From a virus: a DNA stretch of 64,000 bases. The notes under the pieces are model-generated. The model was given only the letters and a program-made list of their open reading frames with translations. It made no database searches and was not told the origin of the DNA. Of this stretch, positions 52,000 to 61,191 are shown piece after piece. The DNA is taken from IMG/VR virus record IMGVR_UViG_3300042387_002391. One strand, 5' to 3'. The position numbers were made by a program, and so were the translations under genes. Position 1 is the stretch's first letter; every line of letters starts with the position of its first letter.

Positions 52000-52266
52000 T
52001 TAAAAATCTACACCGAGAGTTGTAAAAGCATTTGTTTTAAAATCATTCCCAAAATGATCATAATCGAGTGTAACCTTTCCGCCAATGTATACAATGTAGT
52101 CTTTGTACTTTGGTTCATGAATTACTACACGATACTCACCGCTTAAATTCGTTCCAAGCGCTTTGTCTTGTGATTGAGAGTAGTTTGTCTCTCCAAATAT
52201 TTTAAAAGGTTTGGTCTGCTGACAAACGGCTGTAGCAGTCATCAAAAAGAAGATTAAAAATTTCAT
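52000..52266 (-). CDS. Small exported protein with beta-strand C-terminus
   Basis: Signal-peptide-like start; ends NAFTTLGVDF. Confidence 0.55.
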   Translation of the reverse strand: MKFLIFFLMTATAVCQQTKPFKIFGETNYSQSQDKALGTNLSGEYRVVIHEPKYKDYIVYIGGKVTLDYDHFGNDFKTNAFTTLGVDF

Positions 52267-52640
52267 TTCACGAACTCAGCAAATGTTACATAACGGCCTT
52301 CTTGACGAGCATCAGTTGCTTTCTGAGCAATAGTCACTGGATCATCTTTAAAAGCACGGACTCTATAACTACCCCAAAAGTCATATGTCCAGAGTTGGTT
52401 CTTGCCTTTTGGATACATATATGCAACAATGGCATGCCCTTTCATCTTTTTGTCCTTTTTATCATACCAGTGGTAAATGACAACTTCTGACCAAACATCA
52501 TATTTTCTGAGACCTTCACGAAAGGCAATTGCTGTCGGTAGACAAGCATTCCTTTTTGTTTCCATCCAAGATTCTGGATTAGAGGGAGTTACACAAGAAG
52601 TTAAGATAGCGCAAGCGAGGAGGAGTAGTATATTTTTCAT
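52263..52640 (-). CDS. Lipoprotein with Cys-His-Asp papain/transglutaminase-like motifs
   Basis: LTSC lipobox; NACLP, GHAIV, WTYD. Confidence 0.65.
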   Translation of the reverse strand: MKNILLLLACAILTSCVTPSNPESWMETKRNACLPTAIAFREGLRKYDVWSEVVIYHWYDKKDKKMKGHAIVAYMYPKGKNQLWTYDFWGSYRVRAFKDDPVTIAQKATDARQEGRYVTFAEFVK

Positions 52641-53020
52641 TTTAAAAATTCAGCATAGGTTACAATTTTGTTAAAATAGCGAGCATCTTCTGCTTTTTGA
52701 GCAACGTCGAACGGATTTGTCGTGTCCGCACTTATTTGATAAGTTCCGAAATTATCATAAGTCCAGATTCTATTAGAGTTGGTTGGATATTCGAAAACGA
52801 CAGCAGCATGATTTAAAAATTTTTTCTCTTTCAAATCATATTTTCGATACAAAATAATTTCTGACCAGACATCATATTTTTTTAAGCTTTCCTTGAATGT
52901 TACTGCTGCAGGAAAGCAGGAGTTTTTTCTGCTCTCGAGCCAGTAATCTGGATTACTTGGCGGAAGAGCACATGATGTTAAGAACAAACAACTAACAACG
53001 GTCAGTATTTGGTTTTTCAT
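52637..53020 (-). CDS. Lipoprotein, tandem paralog of 52263-52640
   Basis: LTSC lipobox; NSCFP, NHAAV, WTYD. Confidence 0.65.
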   Translation of the reverse strand: MKNQILTVVSCLFLTSCALPPSNPDYWLESRKNSCFPAAVTFKESLKKYDVWSEIILYRKYDLKEKKFLNHAAVVFEYPTNSNRIWTYDNFGTYQISADTTNPFDVAQKAEDARYFNKIVTYAEFLK

Positions 53021-53021
53021 T

Positions 53022-53423
53022 TTAAACGAGGCTTTCTGTCCAACAGAATACTACATTTTTAAAATTTTCCAACGCTTTTACTAAATTATGTCTGACGAGC
53101 CTTTGCCAGATGAAATATTTGTTTGCAAGACCACCTCCAAGTTGCGAAACATAAAAGGTTTTATCTGGTCTTTTTTGAATAATCCTTTTGAGCTTTTCTA
53201 ACTCTTCAAAAAACACGGGCGAGTATTCTTCCGGTTTGTAGAACGATTCGTCTTTGTTATCTGGGAACTTTTTCGTAATAAATCCGATTGCATGCGGATG
53301 ATCTCGCAATTTTGCTGCTCCGCCATGTCCCCATCTTTCTAAATTGTCTCCGAAGACGAAGTAAGCATCTGGATTATGATCCAAAAATTCTTGCGTTATT
53401 TTAATGTCTTTATAAGTTGCCAT
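53022..53423 (-). CDS. Macro-domain-like phage protein
   Basis: FVFGDN...GHGGAA...LGGGLA; GATAAATA-N5-ATG. Confidence 0.55.
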   Translation of the reverse strand: MATYKDIKITQEFLDHNPDAYFVFGDNLERWGHGGAAKLRDHPHAIGFITKKFPDNKDESFYKPEEYSPVFFEELEKLKRIIQKRPDKTFYVSQLGGGLANKYFIWQRLVRHNLVKALENFKNVVFCWTESLV

Positions 53424-53434
53424 AAGAATATTTA

Positions 53435-54079
53435 TCAAAATCCAAAGGCAGCAATTGTGTGCTCAAAAGGATTTCCTTCAATGCTTTTAACTTGTTCTAA
53501 CATTTCTTCAACAACATCTCGTGTTTCCTTTTGAGCATCTGGCTTTAAGCGAAGTTCACACAAATGAAGAAAGGCAAGCATACTTCCTGTCCAAACAAAT
53601 GTTGTTTCTAAGCACAAAGGAAGAATAATTCTGCATTGTTCTTTAGAAACTCCTGCTTGCACTAGTTCCTCATACAAATCTTTTGATTTTTCGATCAGCT
53701 CCCTCATTTTAATTAAAAGCATTGTATTTCCGTATTCAGGAATATCTCCAGCACTTCCTTGTTTAGAATCTTTTGATTGATAGCGCAACTGCTTTGGAAG
53801 CTCATAGGAATCAGAAAAATCTACATAACGACCGCTTATGCTATTTGCTGACCAGCCAACTTGGTGCTTGAAGAGCTGCCTTTCAACATAAATTGGACAC
53901 TGAATGCGGAATTGCAATTGTGCATGACGAAACGGTGAAGTATGTTTGTGCTCAACAAGAAACTTTATCAGGCGAACATCCTTTTCGTCAAAATTTTCTT
54001 TAATTTTGCCATAAGAAACGCGAGCAACATCGACCGCCATCTTATCGCTCCCGAAGTAATCTAGTAATTCAACTTTCAT
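53435..54079 (-). CDS. thyX: Flavin-dependent thymidylate synthase
   Basis: ARVSY, HTSPF, RQLFKH...NSISGRY, EQCRIILP, AQKETR. Confidence 0.95.
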   Translation of the reverse strand: MKVELLDYFGSDKMAVDVARVSYGKIKENFDEKDVRLIKFLVEHKHTSPFRHAQLQFRIQCPIYVERQLFKHQVGWSANSISGRYVDFSDSYELPKQLRYQSKDSKQGSAGDIPEYGNTMLLIKMRELIEKSKDLYEELVQAGVSKEQCRIILPLCLETTFVWTGSMLAFLHLCELRLKPDAQKETRDVVEEMLEQVKSIEGNPFEHTIAAFGF

Positions 54080-54284
54080 GATTTTCTTGGTAAAAGAACA
54101 ACCGTTTCTCCTTTATTGTTAAAGTCGTCGTAATATTCCCCTTCCCAATCGCTATGAGTTGGATTTGAGACAACGTTTATCTTGTTTAAGCAATAAACTT
54201 CATCGTAACCACATTCATATCCGTCAACAACTACTTTCATTTCTTGATCCTCTTCTTGGAGAAGTTTGATTAATTCTTTAACTT

Positions 54285-54992
54285 TCATTTGTCTAGATTT
54301 TTGAGTTCAATTTTTCCTTCTTTGTCAATGATTGCATAAGTTACTGGCAAATCGCACTGAGAACCAAGATTGACACATTCAATGCCTCCAACATAAGAAT
54401 GCTTTGGAACATGAGTGTGTCCAAAGCAAATCGCATCATATTTCAAATCATAGCAGTGCTGAGCAATTCTTACCGTTAGTTCGTGAGCTGCTCCGTGCCA
54501 AGTCTTAACTTTCTTTTTAATTTCTCTAGTGAATTTTTGTTTTTTATCAAATTTTTGTAACAAATAATACATTCCGGAAGCAATTTCAGTAAGCAAAGGT
54601 TTGGATGTAATAAAGTGATCCCATTTATCTCCGTGCGTAAACAAAATCCTCTTCTTTCCAACAATCTTTGTGTGCTCTTCAACAAATTCAAAGCCGAGGA
54701 GTGCAGAAATTGTTTCGAGTGATTTGTCATGGTTTCCTTTGACGAAGACACATTCTTTCTTTTTTGAAATTTTTCTGAGAGTCGAAAGAACTTCCCATTG
54801 CTTTTTGCACAAGCGATGAATATTATAGCTGTCGAGCAAGTCACCACAAATTACAACAGCATCGTATTTTTCCTTGTTAAGAATTTTAAGAGTCAAATCT
54901 GCTTGGCAAATTGGACTGCCGAGATGAATGTCTGAAAGAACGAGAATCACGTTTGCTTCTCCTTTTCCCAGCACCAATTTTGATAATCCCAA
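54285..54992 (-). CDS. LpxH-like metallophosphoesterase
   Basis: SDIHLG, GDLLD, GNHD, HGD, GHTH. Confidence 0.75.
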   Translation of the reverse strand: MGLSKLVLGKGEANVILVLSDIHLGSPICQADLTLKILNKEKYDAVVICGDLLDSYNIHRLCKKQWEVLSTLRKISKKKECVFVKGNHDKSLETISALLGFEFVEEHTKIVGKKRILFTHGDKWDHFITSKPLLTEIASGMYYLLQKFDKKQKFTREIKKKVKTWHGAAHELTVRIAQHCYDLKYDAICFGHTHVPKHSYVGGIECVNLGSQCDLPVTYAIIDKEGKIELKNLDK

Positions 54993-55234
54993 TGACGCTT
55001 ATCATAAAAATGAATTTCTAGTTCCCATCCAAAAAGATTTATCATTAGTCTTGCACCAGCATGATCTCTTCCGTAAGGAACAGCATCGAACTCAAAGTTA
55101 AAAAAGTGATAATTGGAATAGAATGCTTCAATTTCAAGATGCTTGTTTTTTGATAGCGACTTTTGAAAAGAAAAGAGCTTTTCCCACTTATCTTTCTTTG
55201 TAAAAAAATTTATGAAGGCAATTTTAAAATACAT
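54947..55234 (-). CDS. Hypothetical protein, paralog of 29809-30120
   Basis: DHAG...FGWELEIHFYDKRHWDY. Confidence 0.7.
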   Translation of the reverse strand: MYFKIAFINFFTKKDKWEKLFSFQKSLSKNKHLEIEAFYSNYHFFNFEFDAVPYGRDHAGARLMINLFGWELEIHFYDKRHWDYQNWCWEKEKQT

Positions 55235-55235
55235 A

Positions 55236-55988
55236 TTAGGTCCAGAAGAATTCTCGGTTATCAATAAACCATTTCAAAATTTCTGTGTCTTTTTGTTTTT
55301 TGTGTTTTTCTAAGCGATCAAAGTCTGCATAAGTTGCATCATAGTCAAATCTACCATTTTTCATAACTTTGCTTTTGACAGCTTTTGACAAAGCTTCGTC
55401 AGTCATTTTTTCAACTTTTGCTCTTTCTTCTTCAATCCAATGCACAGCAGCAACAAGCTCTGTATAGAATTTTTTATGAAGATCATCCGCAGACCAATCA
55501 ACATGACCATCGACGACTTCTTCTCTGTAGAAGTCAACAATCAGAGCAAAGTTGGATTGAACAACCAGTTCAACAGTGTCTGTATATTTGTGCCTTGGAG
55601 CAACCTTCCTCCAGCGTGGAAATTGGGGATTCAGAAAGAGTTTGATTGCATATTTTGATTCGCGGAGAGGCCAACCAATAAATTTTTTAAAAGCAAATAC
55701 CAAAGGATTATCAAGACTTGGAAGCCATTTCCGAAGAAAGTATTGAACAGGATATTCGCTTTTAATTTGTTTATAAAATGCTTCCCAGCCTTTTTCTCCG
55801 TCTCCAAACCATTCTAGAGGAAGCGAAGAAGGACTTTTATACAGACCAAACCATTCACGATCGCTCTTTGGCAGCGCAAAGAACTCATCTACAGTTTTTG
55901 CATCAGAATAAGGAATCGTTGGAATCCTAAACCAGCTTTTTGAATGCTTGTTATCATCAGGTAGGTTTATTGCTTTTGAAAAGCTCAT
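55236..55988 (-). CDS. Hypothetical protein, paralog of 13349-13966
   Basis: Shared C-terminal domain; TTGACG-N16-TAAGGT-N6-ATG. Confidence 0.7.
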   Translation of the reverse strand: MSFSKAINLPDDNKHSKSWFRIPTIPYSDAKTVDEFFALPKSDREWFGLYKSPSSLPLEWFGDGEKGWEAFYKQIKSEYPVQYFLRKWLPSLDNPLVFAFKKFIGWPLRESKYAIKLFLNPQFPRWRKVAPRHKYTDTVELVVQSNFALIVDFYREEVVDGHVDWSADDLHKKFYTELVAAVHWIEEERAKVEKMTDEALSKAVKSKVMKNGRFDYDATYADFDRLEKHKKQKDTEILKWFIDNREFFWT

Positions 55989-56025
55989 TCAACTACCTTA
56001 CAGATTATTTTTAAAGCGTCAACGA

Positions 56026-56394
56026 TTATTTCAAGGTCAAAAGATACTTGAGTTGATTAAGCTCCTGAAGAATTGAATCTCTAATGTTCGAGCAATCAGT
56101 ATCTTTTGCTGGATCAACCATTCCGGCAAATTCTGCAGAAAGATAATCAGTAACTTCCGCAAGAACTTCGTCAATTGAAATCTCATCAATGTTTACAAGA
56201 TCGATCGAAAGAGGAGTGGAATACATGATTTTGCCATATTTTCCTTGATGAACCTCAACCAAGCTGTCAATAAGCCCATCAAGGCTTTCATAAGCCTTTC
56301 CAAAAGCTTTGTGTTGAGCATAGCTATCAGTCTGCCAATGAAGAACACGGAGTTGGTTTTGAAGCTTGACAAGATTAACAATTACCTTTTCCAT
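56026..56394 (-). CDS. Dps/ferritin-like four-helix protein (DUF5856-like)
   Basis: LHWQT.SYAQHKA...YE.L..LID...E; YLLTLK end. Confidence 0.8.
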   Translation of the reverse strand: MEKVIVNLVKLQNQLRVLHWQTDSYAQHKAFGKAYESLDGLIDSLVEVHQGKYGKIMYSTPLSIDLVNIDEISIDEVLAEVTDYLSAEFAGMVDPAKDTDCSNIRDSILQELNQLKYLLTLK

Positions 56395-56424
56395 GCTCTT
56401 ATTTATTCCGAGTTTTTAAAAATG

Positions 56425-56991
56425 TTAACGAGTACGACGACGAGTATTTGCGACCGTAATAGGTCTGCGAATGTTTGTTTTGCGCCAGAATTGATAAGCA
56501 AGAGTTACAGGAACTGTTACAATCGTTCCAGAATCAGCAACGCTATAAGCAGTATCAGCAACGGACACGATATAAGCACCATACATAGTGTACTCGCTGA
56601 TTGTTGTCATGTCTTTGTCAAATAATTGCATGATCAATACAGAAGAATCAGAAGGAGTGTTGTAGTCGCCTGTCGAAGTATTATCATTGAATGTCTGGAA
56701 GGTATTTTGTTCAAGAACATTGCGGATGTCATAGCGCTGATCACAGCGGAATGTTACAGAATATCCAGTAGAGCCAGGATAAGTGGCTGTGCCAGGAATG
56801 TTGAACGGAAGGCCCATATAAGGAACTGTTTGGTTTGTGATGGATCTGCCAGGCAATGAAGCAGTTTCAACATAAACAAGATCGTCTTCTGTAAATCCAG
56901 TATTTCCGAAACGGACTAGACGAAATTGAAATTGACGAGCGAAGTCGCGTGTTTGAGCTACTCTGTAGAATGATGTAATGTTTTGAGCCAT
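56425..56991 (-). CDS. gp19: Tail tube protein
   Basis: FARQFQF, ASLPG, YMG....PG, VTLAYQFW; follows the tail sheath gene. Confidence 0.85.
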   Translation of the reverse strand: MAQNITSFYRVAQTRDFARQFQFRLVRFGNTGFTEDDLVYVETASLPGRSITNQTVPYMGLPFNIPGTATYPGSTGYSVTFRCDQRYDIRNVLEQNTFQTFNDNTSTGDYNTPSDSSVLIMQLFDKDMTTISEYTMYGAYIVSVADTAYSVADSGTIVTVPVTLAYQFWRKTNIRRPITVANTRRRTR

Positions 56992-56996
56992 GATTT

Positions 56997-57004
56997 TACT
57001 TATC
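56997..57004 (-). promoter_or_regulatory. T4-like late promoter
   Basis: GATAAGTA-N5-ATG; related motif at 4063, 7013, 48988, 53429, 56400 and 61126. Confidence 0.7.
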
Positions 57005-57125
57005 TAAAATGGTTAAATTTTTAAGGTTTGAAAGGTAGTATTTCCGAATTTATTTATCTGACGTTCGATAATTTTTGTATCAAATAAATGGTTGAACGTA
57101 TTTAAAATTAAATTAATTAATTCTA

Positions 57126-58988
57126 ATGAATAATATGAATTTAGATATAGAACTAGTAAAGCAACTAAGAACAAAGCATCCAAAACATTACTGCAAAATT
57201 ATTAAAAACCATTATCAAGAAATTTATAAAGCAATTGAAGATTTTGCACAGAATGTGTATTGCGATTACCAAATGAATTTTCCACAAAAAATATATCACT
57301 GGATTCACCAGCTTCACAAAATTCCACTTTGTCCGATTAAGAATGTACTTTTAAAATTTTATAATCATAAGTTTGAATACAGAAAGTTTAGCGAAAGAGG
57401 ATTGTTCACAGAAGAGTTTGCAAAAAATAGAATGAAGGGAAGAACAAAATTTCCTAATGCCAAAGAAAGAATGGGTGATATTGATGCAAATTTTCGATAC
57501 GAAGAAAATTATAAGGAACAAGCTTTTAAGCAAGTCAGCAAAATGTTTGACGAAATACAAAACATTGGGGGAGTTTGTACCGCAATTAAAACCAAAAAGA
57601 ATGCTAAACTGTATTCTTTTGTTAAAAATTTATATCCAACAGCAGAAACGTTTTCAGAGTGTTTGTTTTTGCTTTTAAACAACATGTCTGAACCACCTTT
57701 GTGTCCATTTTCCAAGCTTCCTTTGCCTTTTGTAAATTTTAAGCAAGGTTATAAAGACACTCACCCTGCTGCTGTTTGCGATTTAAAGAGACACAAAAGG
57801 CAAGAAAAGCTTCAAAATCTCGAAATTTTGTCTAAAGAAGAAACAATTGTACAACTTCAAATGATGATAGACGAGCTCAGAAGAAACAATATTTCGATCA
57901 ATAATTTGAAGCAGTCTGCGGTTAAAAGATGTCCTAGTTTAGCAATATCGATCGAACAGCACACAAAAACATATACAACTCTTACCAAAAAATGGTCAGA
58001 AAGAGCTTATTTGCTTTTGCATGAAGGCGAATCGAGAGATTTCTCGAAATGCAGATTTTCTTCTTTTGATGAAGGCTACTATGACACATTCGTTAACCCT
58101 AACAGTTCGATTGGAGAAGAAAATCTTGCGAGTTGGATCGAAAGTCTGAGTGTCAGCAAAATAAGGAGGCACGAAAGGCTTTTAAACGGGATGGAGGCAG
58201 ACATCTATGCCGAGAATGTTAACTTAGCGATAGAATATCACGGCGAATATTATCATAATTTTGAATTTAGAGGCACAGACTATCACAAGCGAAAAGCAGA
58301 TGCTGCTTTAACCAAAAATATAAATTTGCTTCAAATTTTTGAAAGCGAATGGTATAATAAGCAAGAAATAGTAAAGTCTATTATTAAATCTGAACTGGGA
58401 ATATTCTCTTTCAAAGTTGATGCAGAATCGTGCTTAGTTAAGCAACTTGACTCTAAAACAAAAAATGAATTTTTAGTAAAAAACCATATTCAGGGAATCG
58501 ACCGTTCGATTATTGCTTTTGGCCTTTATTTCGATGACGAATTAGTCTCTTGTATGACATTCGGAAGAGGATGTAAACAAAAGGACAATCGAATTGAATT
58601 AGTTAAATTTTGCAATAAACTAGACACTGCAGTAATTGGAGGAGCAAGTAAACTGATAAATGCATTCGCAAAGCAGTTTAAGCCTGCAAAAATTTTTACA
58701 TTTTCAGACAGAAGATTTGCAAATAGTAGTAATTTTTACGAAGATTTGGGTTTTAAAAAATGTAACCAAACAATACCGAATTATTTTTACTTCAAATCTA
58801 GCATGCCTCAATACATGAAGTTAATCCACCATTGCAATTTCGCGAAACATTTGCTGCCTCGTAAATTAAAACAGTATGACGCAAATCAAACAGAGTATGA
58901 AAATATGAAGCAGAACGGTTACTTTAAAATTTATGATGCAGGAAGCTTCAGATATGAACTAACTTTTAAACAACCTACCAATGTTTAG
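57126..58988 (+). CDS. Hef-like free-standing homing endonuclease
   Basis: EADIY...AIEYHGEYYH...LLQIFESEW nuclease core; NHIQG, MTFG, GGASKL, SDRRF, YDAG C-terminal domain. Confidence 0.8.
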   Translation: MNNMNLDIELVKQLRTKHPKHYCKIIKNHYQEIYKAIEDFAQNVYCDYQMNFPQKIYHWIHQLHKIPLCPIKNVLLKFYNHKFEYRKFSERGLFTEEFAKNRMKGRTKFPNAKERMGDIDANFRYEENYKEQAFKQVSKMFDEIQNIGGVCTAIKTKKNAKLYSFVKNLYPTAETFSECLFLLLNNMSEPPLCPFSKLPLPFVNFKQGYKDTHPAAVCDLKRHKRQEKLQNLEILSKEETIVQLQMMIDELRRNNISINNLKQSAVKRCPSLAISIEQHTKTYTTLTKKWSERAYLLLHEGESRDFSKCRFSSFDEGYYDTFVNPNSSIGEENLASWIESLSVSKIRRHERLLNGMEADIYAENVNLAIEYHGEYYHNFEFRGTDYHKRKADAALTKNINLLQIFESEWYNKQEIVKSIIKSELGIFSFKVDAESCLVKQLDSKTKNEFLVKNHIQGIDRSIIAFGLYFDDELVSCMTFGRGCKQKDNRIELVKFCNKLDTAVIGGASKLINAFAKQFKPAKIFTFSDRRFANSSNFYEDLGFKKCNQTIPNYFYFKSSMPQYMKLIHHCNFAKHLLPRKLKQYDANQTEYENMKQNGYFKIYDAGSFRYELTFKQPTNV

Positions 58989-59002
58989 TTGGTAGGTTGT
59001 TT
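58968..59002. terminator. Hairpin between the converging endonuclease and tail sheath genes
   Basis: Perfect 14-bp inverted repeat aaacaacctaccaa/ttggtaggttgttt, 7-nt loop, T-rich tail on the plus strand. Confidence 0.75.
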
Positions 59003-59016
59003 TCCTTTTTGACTTT

Positions 59017-61119
59017 TTAAATAATTTCTTGGAAGTTTTGGCTCGTGCGGGTTGCAATAAAGTCAATCAAAATAAATTCCGAACTCCGTACAGCCTTCAA
59101 ATAAATGCTAACCAAAAGTTCGTTATTATCGATGACATCAGGTGTGTTAATTCTTTCGTCGCAGACAATTTCAAAGTCAAAAAGTCCTTCTGTGTTCTTT
59201 GCAAACTCAAAAATTGGAGTAATAACACTCTTCAGACGAGTCCTTGTAAATTCGGTATTTGGTTCAAACACAAAATACTTCAAGGTTCTTTGAGTTGCTC
59301 TTTCGAGAGTTAGGAACAATCTGCGAACATTGATGCGATCAAAAGCAGTTGGTTTTGTTTGAAGGGTTTTTTGACCCATTACAGCAAATCCGTCTCCACT
59401 AAAGAACACAACAGGGTTTACAGAAATTTCATAAAGTCTGTCGCGTTGTTTTTGATTTGGATTGAAAGCAATATCGAGAGCATTGAAAGTGCCTCTGTTG
59501 AGACCTGCTGGAGCAAACCATGGTTGAGAGACCGCATCATTGCGAGCAAATGTTGCAGCAGCATAACCTGAAAACGGTACCCACATTCTGCGACCTGTAA
59601 AGATATCAGAAACTTTGACCCAGTTACCATACATTGCAGCATAGTTGCTTTCAGAGCTAGCAATCTCTTTGAGGGGATTGTAAATGTCTTGGGTAAATGT
59701 TTTTCCTTCAGAATCAATTACTTTTGAGTCTCTGCCCAATACAAAAATAGGACGAAGAGGATCGATAATTGCCATGCAATCTTTGCGAGTATTTTGAGCA
59801 AAGTTGACAAGTGTGTCAGAAACTGCGCGGAAGTCATCAGTCAAGGCAGAAACATCGCTGACGAATGTTTCATCATTGAAGGAGCTAATTCCGAGCGTAT
59901 TTGTCATTGCAAATACTGTAGAAAGACCGGCATCAACAATAACATCAACAATAGTGTTTTCAATGCTTTCGAGAGGACGAAGAGCTTTGTCAAGCTTTCC
60001 TGGAACGCTTCCGATAACTTTCGAAACGTCTTGTGAGCGGCTGTCGGGAGTAAAGACGCCAAGAGGGAAGAGAGCTTTGGCTCCGTCAGTAACAGTAACG
60101 CGAGAGGTCGGAAGAGTGGAGTTAACAGCCCATTGATAGCTCTTAGAGATTGCTGGGTTGATATACATCTTAATTGTCGGAGAGGCATCGTTGATATTAT
60201 CTCCAATGAATGCGTTTGAAAGAATGCCACCAGTTGGGCTTACTTGGCGTCTGTTATAATCAAATGAGCCGAGGTACTTTTCAGTTGTTGCGAGGGTTAA
60301 CATTGTTGCGTCTGAAGTAGAACGACGAACTTTATAAACACCGAGGGAAAGATGATCTTGATATTCATCAGTTTCGAAACCGATGAAGCCAACCTTTTCG
60401 AGAGATTCAGAAATGCTATACAAGCCTCTGTTGCTGTCTGCAAGAGTTGCTGAAAGAGCAAAGTCGATGCGATCTGTCGTAATCGAACCAAATGTATCAG
60501 AAGCAGTAAGAGTCGTTAGAGCAAGAACCGATTCGAAGTTTGGTGAGCTGGTGGAAACCGCAAGGTTGTCTGCAAAGCCAACATAGTAGCCTTCTGCATA
60601 TTCATTGACAACTGTTTGGAGGTCATTAAGAATGAAGAAGCCGGCGTTAATTTCGACATCACCTGTAAGTTTAGCAGAAAGAACGGAAGAACCGGTGCCA
60701 ACCCAATCAAAGTTGCCTTCAACGAGCTTTGTGTATTGCTCTTGGCTCATGCTTGCCGCAATTGGCGCACCAATCTCCCATTCGCCAGTTGCTGAAGTCA
60801 TTGGATAGAATAGAGCTCCAAAAGAATTGGAATAAGCAGAACCAGTGTTTGCTCCGTATGGTAAACGAACAGTGTTCAGAACGCCAGGAGAATTGAGAAC
60901 TTCTTTACAGCTGTAGTAAAAGTACATTTCAGCTGGTGTCGAAGGAATGCCGTAAATTGATTCAAATTCGCTTGTTGAAGTAATCAACAAAGGCTCGCTG
61001 ACAGGACCTTGGGGAGCAAAGCCAGGAACAACGATTGTCGTGCCTGCTTGAATTTGTGTACGAAGTGAAAGATCTTTTTCAGTAATCTGAACGCCGGGTG
61101 AGTTAATGATTCTTGCCAT
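59017..61119 (-). CDS. gp18: Tail sheath protein
   Basis: SPGVQITEKDLS start; PWFAPAGLNRG, RDRLY, GQKTL, AFDRINVRRLF, FEPN. Confidence 0.95.
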   Translation of the reverse strand: MARIINSPGVQITEKDLSLRTQIQAGTTIVVPGFAPQGPVSEPLLITSTSEFESIYGIPSTPAEMYFYYSCKEVLNSPGVLNTVRLPYGANTGSAYSNSFGALFYPMTSATGEWEIGAPIAASMSQEQYTKLVEGNFDWVGTGSSVLSAKLTGDVEINAGFFILNDLQTVVNEYAEGYYVGFADNLAVSTSSPNFESVLALTTLTASDTFGSITTDRIDFALSATLADSNRGLYSISESLEKVGFIGFETDEYQDHLSLGVYKVRRSTSDATMLTLATTEKYLGSFDYNRRQVSPTGGILSNAFIGDNINDASPTIKMYINPAISKSYQWAVNSTLPTSRVTVTDGAKALFPLGVFTPDSRSQDVSKVIGSVPGKLDKALRPLESIENTIVDVIVDAGLSTVFAMTNTLGISSFNDETFVSDVSALTDDFRAVSDTLVNFAQNTRKDCMAIIDPLRPIFVLGRDSKVIDSEGKTFTQDIYNPLKEIASSESNYAAMYGNWVKVSDIFTGRRMWVPFSGYAAATFARNDAVSQPWFAPAGLNRGTFNALDIAFNPNQKQRDRLYEISVNPVVFFSGDGFAVMGQKTLQTKPTAFDRINVRRLFLTLERATQRTLKYFVFEPNTEFTRTRLKSVITPIFEFAKNTEGLFDFEIVCDERINTPDVIDNNELLVSIYLKAVRSSEFILIDFIATRTSQNFQEII

Positions 61120-61191
61120 ATATTTTATTTATCTAATTTCGGATTATTTTTTCGTTTGCGCATAAAAAACCTGTATTTTTGCGTGCAAATT

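Larger units (their letters stand above)
7445..56022 (-). other. Accessory/early gene region of more than 100 mostly small co-oriented ORFs (small hypotheticals not all listed)
   Basis: Dense minus-strand tiling with ATGA overlaps and repeated TTGACN-N16/17-TANNNT promoters. Confidence 0.85.

Noticed and set aside
56010-56023. 14-bp match (gttgacgctttaaa) to the tnpB leader P2 hairpin
   Set aside because: Short, AT-rich and centred on a -35 box; plausibly chance
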